DNA from: Kiritimatiellia bacterium
Lineage (GTDB): Bacteria; Verrucomicrobiota; Kiritimatiellia; RFP12; UBA1067
Direction of reading: 5' to 3'
Length of the DNA: 31,556 nt
Assembly (NCBI GenBank): GCA_017959645.1
Contig: JAGDAE010000205.1
Span: forward strand, 1-31,556
In this document: piece after piece, positions 20,736-29,430 of the stretch
How positions within the stretch are numbered: the stretch's first letter is position 1
How the letters are laid out: each line of letters begins with the position of its first letter
Notes under the pieces: generated by a model
Told to the model about the DNA's origin: nothing
Database searches by the model: none
What the model saw: the letters and a program-made list of their open reading frames with translations, nothing else
Made by a program: the position numbers and the translations under genes

Positions 20736-21902
20736 ATGAACTACAAATACAGCTGCCTCAATCCGATAGCGGAGGTGGGGCTTAAAAATCTCGACGAGCG
20801 CTACGTGCGCACCGAAAAATTCGAAGAGGCGGACGCAGTGTTCGTGCGCAGCGCGAAGATGGACGAACTCAAGCCCGGCGACGGCCTGCTGGCGGTTGCG
20901 CGGGCGGGAGCAGGGGTGAACAACATTCCCCACGCCGAATACGCGAAACGCGGAATCGTCGTCTTCAACACCCCGGGAGCTAACGCCAACGGCGTCAAGG
21001 AACTGGTGATCGCGGCGATGCTGATCGCCAGCCGCGACATTGTCGGCGGAATCGGCTGGGTTCGCGATAACGCCTCCGATCCCGCAATCGGCAAGAGCGC
21101 CGAAAAGGCGAAGAAGGCGTTCGCCGGAACCGAAATCATGGGCAAGAAGCTCGGCGTGATCGGGCTCGGCGCGATCGGGCAGAAAGTCGCCAACGCCGCC
21201 GTCGGGCTGGGCATGGAAGTGTACGGGTACGATCCGTATCTGTCGATCGACGCGGCGTGGAACCTGTCCAGGGCGGTCCGGCACTGCAAGAACGTCGAGA
21301 CGATCTACAAGGAGTGCGACTACATAACGATCCACGTTCCCGCGCTGGATTCCACGAAGGGCATGATCAACGCCGAAGCCATCGCGATGATGAAGAACGG
21401 GGTCATCGTGATTAACGCCGCGCGCGACGCGCTGGTGAACGAAGAGGACATGATCGCCGCGCTCGAGTCGGGCAAAGTGCGCAAGTACGTCAGCGACTTC
21501 CCGAACGCGACCACCGCCGGAAAGCGCGGCTGCATCGTGATTCCGCATCTCGGCGCTTCGACCGAGGAGGCCGAGGACAACTGCGCGGTCATGGCGGTCA
21601 GGCAGATGCGCGACTATCTCGAGAACGGCAATATCGTCAATTCGGTGAACTATCCGGCCTGCTCGCTCGGCGTCGCGTCCCGCGCCGGACGCGTCGCGAT
21701 CTGCCACAAGAACGAGGCGAACATGATCGGAACGTTCACGTCGATTCTCGGCAAGGCGAAGGTCAACATCGACGCCATCGCCAACAAGTCGCGCGGCGAC
21801 TTCGCGTACACGCTGATCGACACCGATTCCCCGATTCCCGCTGACGTCGTGCGCGATCTAGCGGCGAGCGAGGCGGTGATAAGGGCGCGTCTGATCAAGT
21901 AA
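20736..21902 (+). CDS. serA: D-3-phosphoglycerate dehydrogenase with C-terminal ACT domain
   Basis: RAGAGVNNI, NTPGANANGVKEL, Rossmann motif GVIGLGAIG, PHLGASTEEAEDNCA, ACT-like HKNEANMIG. Confidence 0.9.
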   Translation: MNYKYSCLNPIAEVGLKNLDERYVRTEKFEEADAVFVRSAKMDELKPGDGLLAVARAGAGVNNIPHAEYAKRGIVVFNTPGANANGVKELVIAAMLIASRDIVGGIGWVRDNASDPAIGKSAEKAKKAFAGTEIMGKKLGVIGLGAIGQKVANAAVGLGMEVYGYDPYLSIDAAWNLSRAVRHCKNVETIYKECDYITIHVPALDSTKGMINAEAIAMMKNGVIVINAARDALVNEEDMIAALESGKVRKYVSDFPNATTAGKRGCIVIPHLGASTEEAEDNCAVMAVRQMRDYLENGNIVNSVNYPACSLGVASRAGRVAICHKNEANMIGTFTSILGKAKVNIDAIANKSRGDFAYTLIDTDSPIPADVVRDLAASEAVIRARLIK

Positions 21903-21911
21903 AGGCGCCCG

Positions 21912-23093
21912 ATGGGATACGCCAGAAGACCGGTCGCGGCGCCGGCGGCGGCAAATCCGCCGCCGGCTCCTTCCGCCTCCGCCGGAGTGAAGCCGGCGAA
22001 GGCGAAGTCTGGTTCTATCTGGCAGATGCAGATCGGCGGAGGAAAGCGCAAGACGCACATGAAGAGCGTCGAGGTTCTGCTTTTCACTTCGGAGCTCGCC
22101 GATCTGATCGAGGCCGGGATGACGCTCGGGGCGGCGCTGCAGGCGCTCGCGAGCCAGGGAGAAGAGGGCAGCGGCCAGCGTTACGTATGCCAGGATCTGT
22201 GCGACCGCATCGTGCGCGGCGAAACCTTTTCCGACGCGTGCGCTGCGCATCCGAAGACGTTCGAGCCGATATATTCCAACATGATCCGCGCCGGCGAGGC
22301 GTCGGGGGCGCTGGTCGAAGTGCTCCGGCGCCTTGCCGACCACTACGAGCGGTTCGACAATATGCGCGGAAAGATCAAAAGCGCGATGTCGTATCCGGTG
22401 ATAGTCCTGTGTTTCGGCGTTCTGGCGGTCATCGGCGCGCTGGTCTGGATAATTCCCCAGTTCAAGAAGGTTTTCGAGTCGATGGGCGCCGCGCTGCCGC
22501 TGCCGACGCGCATACTCATCGGGATGTCGGAGTTTCTCATCCACTACGGCTGGGCGCTCGCGCTCGCTGCGGTCGCGTTCGCCGTGTGGTTCGGCAGATG
22601 GAGGAAGTCCCCGCCGGGACGGCTGAGGATCGACGGCTGGAAGCTCAAGATGCCGCTGATAAAAGGCATTGTCGCCGCCGGCGCCTATTCGTCGCTCGCT
22701 TATACGCTCAAAACGCTTCTCGTTAACGGCGTGAACATCCTGCAGGCGCTGAAGATCGCCGAGGAGACGTGCGGGAACGCGGTTATCGCGCAGGCGCTGA
22801 ACACGGCGCGCAAGCGCGTGACCGACGGAACCACAATCTCGGGTCCGCTCGCAGCGTCCGGGGTTTTTCCGCGCATGATGACCGACATGCTCGCGGTCGG
22901 CGAGCAGGCGGGCGACATGCCTTCGTCGCTGGAGCATATCGGCAAGCGCTACCAGAAGGATATGGATCGCAACATAACCTCTTTCACCAATGCGCTCGAA
23001 CCGATTCTGATCGTGTTCATCGCCGGCGCGGTCGGCTTCGTCGCGATCGCGATTCTCACCGCCGTGTTCAAGGTGTCGTCTTCTCTGGGCTGA
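21912..23093 (+). CDS. Type II secretion / type IV pilus platform protein (GspF/PilC family)
   Basis: FTSELADLIEAG, MIRAGEASGAL, AMSYP, LPLPTRIL, VGEQAG and LEPILIV, with three hydrophobic segments. Confidence 0.93.
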   Translation: MGYARRPVAAPAAANPPPAPSASAGVKPAKAKSGSIWQMQIGGGKRKTHMKSVEVLLFTSELADLIEAGMTLGAALQALASQGEEGSGQRYVCQDLCDRIVRGETFSDACAAHPKTFEPIYSNMIRAGEASGALVEVLRRLADHYERFDNMRGKIKSAMSYPVIVLCFGVLAVIGALVWIIPQFKKVFESMGAALPLPTRILIGMSEFLIHYGWALALAAVAFAVWFGRWRKSPPGRLRIDGWKLKMPLIKGIVAAGAYSSLAYTLKTLLVNGVNILQALKIAEETCGNAVIAQALNTARKRVTDGTTISGPLAASGVFPRMMTDMLAVGEQAGDMPSSLEHIGKRYQKDMDRNITSFTNALEPILIVFIAGAVGFVAIAILTAVFKVSSSLG

Positions 23094-23094
23094 C

Positions 23095-23994
23095 GTGGAG
23101 CGCACCGTCGAGAGCATCGGCGCGAAGATGGACGCGCTCGGAATGTGGAACGCCGCCAAGCGCTACAACTGGGCGGTGAAGCCCAGGGGTTCGGCGTTTC
23201 CCTATTTTTGTTCGATGGTCGACGGCGACCGCGCGCGCGTCAAGCTGCGCTTTTTGATGATCGACGGCTGGGAGACGTTCGGGATGTACGTCAGAACCAG
23301 GATAGATCCCGAGTTCGGTTTCTATTCGACGCCGATCGAAATGCCCCATCTGGAGCTGGTGTTTCTCGAGGCCGGAGGCGTCGCGCTTCTGCGCTACGAT
23401 ACCGGCTACATTCCCCGCGAGGCGACCGGGGTCGAGAAAGAGCTTTGCGCGAAGATACTCTGGGAGTCGTACGGAATCATGCTGCGGCTGGAGACCGACG
23501 GGAGTCTGCCGATGAAGTTCGCGTCCGAAAAGGCGATGTTCGCGAGGGTGGAGGATGGCGACGGGTGGCGCGATGCGGCGCTTCCGATTCCTCCGCCGCG
23601 GCCGTATGTCGAGAGCGTGCAGTTGCGCAAGGACGCCGTCGCCAAGGCGAACGATCTGCCGTTCGACGCGGGGAAGGCGATCGAGGCCGATTTCGGGATG
23701 GAGACGGGGATATCCACGAGCGAGAACCGCCCGCGCGCCGTCTACCGCCTTCGCACGTTCGATGCGGAAACCGGCGCGAGAAAGATTTTCGAACGCGTTT
23801 CGCTCTCGCCCGATTTCGGGCTCAAGCAGATGTGGGAGAGCGTGCCGGCGCGTCTGCTCGCGCATTTCATCGCCGAGGGGAGGATCCCGGGCGAGATACG
23901 GGTACGCTCCGGGCGGCTTTTCCGCATGCTGCGCCCGCTTTGCGCCAACATCCCGGTAAAACTGACGTTCAGCGCCAAGCTCGCGCACGTCTGA
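23095..23994 (+). CDS. Conserved hypothetical protein (resembles the DUF7309/DUF6930 type, tentative)
   Basis: GTG start 1 nt after the gspF stop and coding-like GC3. The C-terminal GRIPGEIRVRSGRLFRMLRPLC recalls DUF6930 from memory; this is unverified. Confidence 0.7.
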   Translation: MERTVESIGAKMDALGMWNAAKRYNWAVKPRGSAFPYFCSMVDGDRARVKLRFLMIDGWETFGMYVRTRIDPEFGFYSTPIEMPHLELVFLEAGGVALLRYDTGYIPREATGVEKELCAKILWESYGIMLRLETDGSLPMKFASEKAMFARVEDGDGWRDAALPIPPPRPYVESVQLRKDAVAKANDLPFDAGKAIEADFGMETGISTSENRPRAVYRLRTFDAETGARKIFERVSLSPDFGLKQMWESVPARLLAHFIAEGRIPGEIRVRSGRLFRMLRPLCANIPVKLTFSAKLAHV

Positions 23995-24023
23995 CGTCCG
24001 GCAAACAAGGAAGGAACCAGAAA

Positions 24024-25028
24024 ATGCTCACTTGGATGGATTCTCTGAAAGGCCGCTCGATGATGCGGCTGGCGTCGTTCTCCGACGAGGAGATGCTGAA
24101 CATCATCGACCTCGCGGCCCAGTTGAAGGCTCGCCGCCGCGCCGGCGTGCGCGGCGATCTGCTGCACCGCAAAAACATCGCGCTCATTTTCGAGAAATCG
24201 TCGACGCGTACGCGCAACTCCACCCTGATCGCCGTACGCGACGAAGGCGGCAACGGCGAATATCTCACGCGCCCGGACATCCATTTCGGCAAGAAGGAGT
24301 CGGTGAAGGATACCGCCAGGGTGCTCGGGCGGATATACGACGGAATCCTTTTCCGCGGCTTCAGACAGTCCGATTGCGAAGATCTCGCGAAGTATTCGGG
24401 CGTGCCGGTATGGAACGGCCTTACTGACGACTACCATCCGACGCAGATTTTCGCCGATCTGCTCACCGTGCGCGAGACGTTCGGTTCGCTCGAAGGCGTG
24501 ACGGTGGCCTATGTTGGCGACGGACGCAACAATGTCGCCAATTCGCTGATGATGGGCTGCGCCAAGTGCGCGATCGACTACGTCTGCTGCTGTCCGCGCG
24601 AACTGGAGTCGGATGCGGCGGTTCTGGCCGAGGCGGAGGAGGTCGCGAAGCGCAATGGCGTTTCGATAAGAGTGTGCAACGATCCGTTCGATGGCGTGAA
24701 GGGGGCGAACGTGCTCTATACCGACGTCTGGGTCTCCATGGGCGAAGAGGCGAAGACGGCCGAGCGCATCGCGCTTTTGCGTCCATACCAGATAAACATG
24801 GATCTCATGAAGGCGACGGGAAACCTTGGCGGAAAACTGATGTTCCTGCACTGTCTGCCGGCGTTCCACGATTTCAACACCGAAGTCACCCGCGAATGCG
24901 GCGCGCTCGAGGTATCCGACGAAGTGTTCGAGTCGGAATACTCCAAGGTTTTCGAGGAGTCCGAGAACAGGATGCACACCATCAAGGCGCTGCTGGTCTC
25001 GGCGCTGTGCGACCGCGGGGAAATATGA
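24024..25028 (+). CDS. argF: Ornithine carbamoyltransferase
   Basis: RBS AAGGAAGGA before ATG 24024. FEKSSTRTR, WNGLTDDYHPTQ, GDGRNNVANSL, TDVWVSMG (SMG loop), HCLP, ENRMH. Confidence 0.93.
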   Translation: MLTWMDSLKGRSMMRLASFSDEEMLNIIDLAAQLKARRRAGVRGDLLHRKNIALIFEKSSTRTRNSTLIAVRDEGGNGEYLTRPDIHFGKKESVKDTARVLGRIYDGILFRGFRQSDCEDLAKYSGVPVWNGLTDDYHPTQIFADLLTVRETFGSLEGVTVAYVGDGRNNVANSLMMGCAKCAIDYVCCCPRELESDAAVLAEAEEVAKRNGVSIRVCNDPFDGVKGANVLYTDVWVSMGEEAKTAERIALLRPYQINMDLMKATGNLGGKLMFLHCLPAFHDFNTEVTRECGALEVSDEVFESEYSKVFEESENRMHTIKALLVSALCDRGEI

Positions 25029-26833
25029 CGGCCGACGCGATCGACTGGGCGGCGCTGACGCCTGAAAGCGCGGCCGGCCGGCTGCCCTTGCTGCTCGAAG
25101 AGGCCGAACGCGGCGTCGCCGCGCTCGAAAAGGAGGCACCCGGCGGCTACGAGGCGCTGTTCTGGGGGCTGGACGACGCGACGCGCGGACTATGGCGCGA
25201 GTGGGGCGCAATCTCGCACATGCTGCACGTGATGAATTCGCCCGGCTGGCGCGAACTCGACGAAAAGTTCCGTCCGCAGATTGTCGCCTTTTCACAGCGC
25301 GTGGCCCAGTCGAGGATACTCTACGAAGCGTCGAAAAAGGCGCTGGCGTCCGAAAAAGATCCGGTGCGCCGGCGGATAATGTCCGAAAGCGTCAAAGGCG
25401 CCGAACTGTCTGGCGTCGGACTCGACGGCGAGAAGAAAACGGAATTCAACACCGTGCAGAAGCGGCTGGCGCAGCTCGGAATGGAATACGCCAACGCGGT
25501 CATCGACGCCACCGGCGAGGAAATCTCCGACGCCGTGTATCCCGAGAAGATGAAGCACTGTCCGGACGAAAAGGAGCGCGAGCGCCTGTACCGTCTGCGC
25601 GTCTCCCGCGCGCCGGAGAACGCCGTCCGCGTCGTCGAGACGCTGGCGCTCAGGCGGCGGCTGGCGGAGATTCTCGGATACGAGAACTACGCGGCGCTTT
25701 CGCTTTCGCGCAAGTGCGCCGGTTCCGCCGGGGCGGTGATGAAGATGATCGACGATCTGGATCTCGCGACGGAAGCGAAAGCCGCGGCCGAAGACGCCGA
25801 ACTCGGAGAGAATCCGGCGCCGTGGAACCGCGCATATCTCGCCGAACGCATCCGCGAAAAGCGCTATTGCTACAGCGAGGAGGAGCTCAAGCGCCATTTC
25901 GAACTCGAAAGCGTGCTCGAAGGTCTTTTCAGGATTGCGGACTTTCTCTTCGGCGTCGAGATAGTCGAGCGGACCGCGTCGGCGGGGCCGGCGTGGCATG
26001 GCGACGTCAGGTATTTTTCGGTGCTGGAGAAAGGCGAGGAGATCGCCGGATTCTATTTCGATCCGTACGTCCGCCCGGGGCTGAAGTCGGGCGGGGCGTG
26101 GATGAACGAGTTCGAGAACCGTTGCGACCGGCGTGGAACGAAGCCGCTCGCCGCGATTGTGACGAATTTCCCGGAGCCGGACGAAGAGGGCAGGTGTTTT
26201 CTGCCGCTGCGGGAAGTCGAGACGCTTTTCCACGAATTCGGACATGCGCTGCAATGCATGCTGACGAAAGTCGGCGAAGAGGCGGCGGCCGGAATCAATC
26301 TTGTCGAATGGGACGCGGTCGAGGTTGCGAGCCAGTTCATGGAGAACTGGTGCCTCGACGACCGCACCGGAATTTCTATACCCGAAGAGCTCAAGAAGAA
26401 AGTGCGCTCGGCGAAGAACTTCCGCGAGGCGTCGGCGTGCAGACGGCAGTTGGCGTTCTCCCGCCTCGATCTCAAGCTCCATCTCGGCGAAGCCGGCGAC
26501 CCGAACGCGCTGAAGGAATGCGAATTCGGGCATTTCGGGCTCGCCTGCATTCCGGAAGACGGCTTTCTCAACGCGTTCACCCATGTTTTCGCCGGCGGAT
26601 ACGCTGCCGGATACTACGGATACAAGTGGGCCGAGGTCATGAGCGCCGACTGCTACGGGGCGTTCGAGGAGCGGATGGCCGAAGGCGACGATGCGTTGCG
26701 CGAAGAGGGGCGCAGATTCCGCGATACCGTGCTCGCCCTAGGCGGCTCGAAGAGCGCGATCGAGACGTTTCGCGAATTTCGCGGACGCGACCCCGAAATC
26801 GGCGCGCTGCTCAGGCAGCGGGATCTGGCATGA
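25025..26833 (+). CDS. prlC: M3-family oligopeptidase (oligopeptidase A / PrlC-like)
   Basis: ATGA overlap with argF. KSGGAWM, HEXXH (FHEFGHALQ), WDAVEVASQFMENW, GYAAGYYGYKWAEV. Confidence 0.9.
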   Translation: MTADAIDWAALTPESAAGRLPLLLEEAERGVAALEKEAPGGYEALFWGLDDATRGLWREWGAISHMLHVMNSPGWRELDEKFRPQIVAFSQRVAQSRILYEASKKALASEKDPVRRRIMSESVKGAELSGVGLDGEKKTEFNTVQKRLAQLGMEYANAVIDATGEEISDAVYPEKMKHCPDEKERERLYRLRVSRAPENAVRVVETLALRRRLAEILGYENYAALSLSRKCAGSAGAVMKMIDDLDLATEAKAAAEDAELGENPAPWNRAYLAERIREKRYCYSEEELKRHFELESVLEGLFRIADFLFGVEIVERTASAGPAWHGDVRYFSVLEKGEEIAGFYFDPYVRPGLKSGGAWMNEFENRCDRRGTKPLAAIVTNFPEPDEEGRCFLPLREVETLFHEFGHALQCMLTKVGEEAAAGINLVEWDAVEVASQFMENWCLDDRTGISIPEELKKKVRSAKNFREASACRRQLAFSRLDLKLHLGEAGDPNALKECEFGHFGLACIPEDGFLNAFTHVFAGGYAAGYYGYKWAEVMSADCYGAFEERMAEGDDALREEGRRFRDTVLALGGSKSAIETFREFRGRDPEIGALLRQRDLA

Positions 26834-27465
26834 GCGGACCGTGCAAAGCGAGCATCGGCGCGATCGCCCCGTACGCGGCATGGATGGCGATGATGCTGGC
26901 GCTGCCGCCGACTTCGGTCTGCTACGCCATACGCACTTTCGCATGCCTCGCGCTGCTCGTTTTCCTTTCCGTCAGGTGGTATGGAACGCCGAGGGCCGAT
27001 TCACGTTCGCTGGCGTGGGGGCTTGCGGCTGGTTTGACGGTTCTTGCCGTCTGGGTGTTCCCTGAGCGCTGGGAGTGGTACCGGCGGTTCTGCACGATCG
27101 GCGACGGCGGGACCGTCGAGATCGACGGCAGCGCCGCGTATCTGAAGGCGATACGGCTTTTCGGCAGCGCGTTCGTTATCGCTCCCGCAGAGGAGTTGTT
27201 CTTCCGCTCGTTTCTGTACAGGTGGATACGCGACAGGAACTGGACTTCGGTTCCGTTGCGCGAATTCGACATGGGCGCGTTTCTCTGGTCGACGGCGCTG
27301 TTTGCGCTCGAACACGACCGCATCCTCGTTGGCGCCATCGCCGGCGCGATCTACGCTCTCGTCGCGATACGCGTCAATCTCGCCGCGGCGATCGTCGCGC
27401 ACGCGACTACCAATCTGGCTTTGGGCGTCTACGTTCTCGCATCCGGGAACTGGACTTTCTGGTGA
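26830..27465 (+). CDS. CPBP (CAAX protease-like) intramembrane metalloprotease
   Basis: ATGA overlap with the upstream gene; multiple TM segments; motifs EELFFR, FALEH and AHATTN (EExxxR / FxxxH / HxxxN). Confidence 0.9.
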   Translation: MSGPCKASIGAIAPYAAWMAMMLALPPTSVCYAIRTFACLALLVFLSVRWYGTPRADSRSLAWGLAAGLTVLAVWVFPERWEWYRRFCTIGDGGTVEIDGSAAYLKAIRLFGSAFVIAPAEELFFRSFLYRWIRDRNWTSVPLREFDMGAFLWSTALFALEHDRILVGAIAGAIYALVAIRVNLAAAIVAHATTNLALGVYVLASGNWTFW

Positions 27466-27488
27466 ACGCAATGCAGAAGGAGGGAAAC

Positions 27489-28121
27489 ATGAAATACGCA
27501 AAAACCATTCTTGCCGCGCTCGCGCTTTGCGCTCTGCCGGCGGCGGCCGAGCTCGACAACCAGCCGTGGATTTCTTCGCCGGGAGAAATCTTCGGCTGCC
27601 GGTTCGGCGAGAAGATTCCGGGCGGCAAACGGATATATCTGCAGAACGGATTCAATTTCGTCTACTACACGCCGCAGTCGAAATTCCGCGGCAAATACAC
27701 CAAGTACCACCGTCTCGTCGACGAACCGACGCGCCAGACGATCGGCGTCGAATGCCAGACGCCTGCGGATGGAAAGGATGCCGCGAAGAAGGAGGTCGCC
27801 GAGGCGCTGGCGGATCTGGCGAAGCTTTTCCCGAAGGCGAACGTGAAGAAAGACCGCCTTCTGGTCGGCTACGGCGAAGGCGGCGCCGGATGGGATCTGG
27901 CCGGATGCTGGGAGATCGTCATGTCGTACGAGCTTGATCCGAAGCACCCCGACTTCGACGACCCGATACTTCCCGAGTCGGAGAAGGGGTATGTCGTCTT
28001 CCTGCGCGCGGTCGACGAACATCTGAAGACGAAGAAGGCCGAGGACGTGGACGAGGATACCGACGCGCGCAGACGGGCGAAGAAACGCCGCGAGCGCATG
28101 CGCCGCAAAAGCGAAGAGTAA
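27489..28121 (+). CDS. Secreted hypothetical protein with highly charged C-terminal tail
   Basis: RBS-like AGGAGGG; signal peptide MKYAKTILAALALCALPAAA; tail EDVDEDTDARRRAKKRRERMRRKSEE. Confidence 0.8.
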   Translation: MKYAKTILAALALCALPAAAELDNQPWISSPGEIFGCRFGEKIPGGKRIYLQNGFNFVYYTPQSKFRGKYTKYHRLVDEPTRQTIGVECQTPADGKDAAKKEVAEALADLAKLFPKANVKKDRLLVGYGEGGAGWDLAGCWEIVMSYELDPKHPDFDDPILPESEKGYVVFLRAVDEHLKTKKAEDVDEDTDARRRAKKRRERMRRKSEE

Positions 28122-28144
28122 CGCCGGCGAAAGGACGCGCGGGA

Positions 28145-29044
28145 ATGCCGGCGGATGAAGGTGGACGCGGCTCCGTCTTTGCGGAGCCGAAGCGCGGGCT
28201 GGTGCTGGAGGGCGGCGGCATGAGGGGACTGTTCACCGCCGGCGTGCTAGACGTTTTCATGGAAAACGGCGTGAGGTTCGACGGTGTGATCGGCGTCTCG
28301 GCCGGCGCCTGTTTCGGATGCAACTACAAGAGCGGACAGATCGGGCGCGTCATCCGCTACAATACCCGTTTCGCGCGCGATCCGCGCTACTGTTCATGGT
28401 CGTCGCTTGCGCGGACAGGCGACCTTTTCGGCGCCGATTTCTGCTACCGGGAGCTTCCGGAGACGCTCGACCCGTTCGACACCGGGGCATACGGGAAAAG
28501 TCCGGTGCGCTTCCATGTCGTCGCCACCGACTGCGATACCGGCGAGGCCGTCTACCGCCGTCTCGACCGCGCCGACGCGGATGCCTTTCGGTGGATTCGC
28601 GCCTCTGCGTCGATGCCGCTCGTTTCGCGTCCGGTCGAGATCGACGGCCGGCGCTATCTTGACGGAGGGCTTTCGGACGGCATTCCGCTCGGCTATTTCG
28701 AATCGATCGGCTATTCCCACAACGTGGTCGTCGCCACCCGTCCGCACGGATACCGCAAGTCTCCCTCCTGGCGCCTGTGTCTCGTCAAGCCGTTCTTGCG
28801 CAGTTGTCCGGCGGTCTACGATGCGCTCGCATCGCGCCATGTCCGGTACAACGCCACCCTCGAATACATAGACCGCCGCGCCGGATCCGGCGACGCCTTT
28901 TTGATCGCCCCGGAAGAACCTTTGCGCATAGCGCGCGTCTGCCACGATCCTTCGGTCATGCGCATGATCTACGAAACCGGTCGCCGTGCCTGCGTCAAGG
29001 TGCTTGATGGGGTGAGGGCATTTCTTTCGCCGGCAGGCGCCTGA
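28145..29044 (+). CDS. Patatin-like phospholipase
   Basis: Gly-rich LEGGGMRG, nucleophile elbow GVSAG, ASASMP, catalytic DGG. Confidence 0.93.
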   Translation: MPADEGGRGSVFAEPKRGLVLEGGGMRGLFTAGVLDVFMENGVRFDGVIGVSAGACFGCNYKSGQIGRVIRYNTRFARDPRYCSWSSLARTGDLFGADFCYRELPETLDPFDTGAYGKSPVRFHVVATDCDTGEAVYRRLDRADADAFRWIRASASMPLVSRPVEIDGRRYLDGGLSDGIPLGYFESIGYSHNVVVATRPHGYRKSPSWRLCLVKPFLRSCPAVYDALASRHVRYNATLEYIDRRAGSGDAFLIAPEEPLRIARVCHDPSVMRMIYETGRRACVKVLDGVRAFLSPAGA

Positions 29045-29130
29045 ACGCGTTTGCCATCCTCACCATTCAGAGCGATGCAATCGCGAATGCCGGTATGGGC
29101 GGAAATATTGCCTATAATGGGGTTTGTTGC

Positions 29131-29276
29131 AACTGCCGTCAGTTCGCTATTGAACTGACGGCAGATTGGGTGTGAACTGACGGCAGTTGCTATGTGTTCT
29201 GCCGTCAGTTTGTATGTCAACTGCCGTCAGTTTGGGTGCGAACTGCCGTCAGTTGGAGGTGCATCTGCCGTCAGTT
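29131..29276. repeat. Array of seven 14-bp quasi-palindromic boxes (AACTG-CCGT-CAGTT) with 8-bp variable spacers, exact 22-bp period
   Basis: Boxes start at 29131, 29153, 29175, 29197, 29219, 29241 and 29263. Copies 2 and 3 are in reverse orientation. Confidence 0.95.
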
Positions 29277-29394
29277 GAAAATATGCGCGCAGTGGCAAGT
29301 TGAAAACGGCTCCAGACCCGGTGATTGCCTAGTGCCTATTCTACCTCAATGCGCATTGACACCACCCGGCCATCCGCATTCCTTAAATTCGCAC

Positions 29395-29424
29395 TTGATT
29401 TCGGGCGAAGAGAAATGGTATACT
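29395..29424 (+). promoter_or_regulatory. Putative sigma70 promoter (TTGATT - 18 nt - TATACT, with TG extension)
   Basis: -35 TTGATT 29395-29400; TG 29416-29417; -10 TATACT 29419-29424. Predicted start near 29431. Confidence 0.65.
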
Positions 29425-29430
29425 ATCTGC

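Noticed and set aside
24024-25028. Putrescine or N-acetylornithine carbamoyltransferase
   Set aside because: It has the SMG loop and HCLP typical of ornithine carbamoyltransferase, and no agmatine deiminase is adjacent.
29131-29276. CRISPR interpretation of the repeat array
   Set aside because: 14-nt repeats and 8-nt spacers are far too short, orientation is mixed, the spacers resemble each other, and no cas genes are present.
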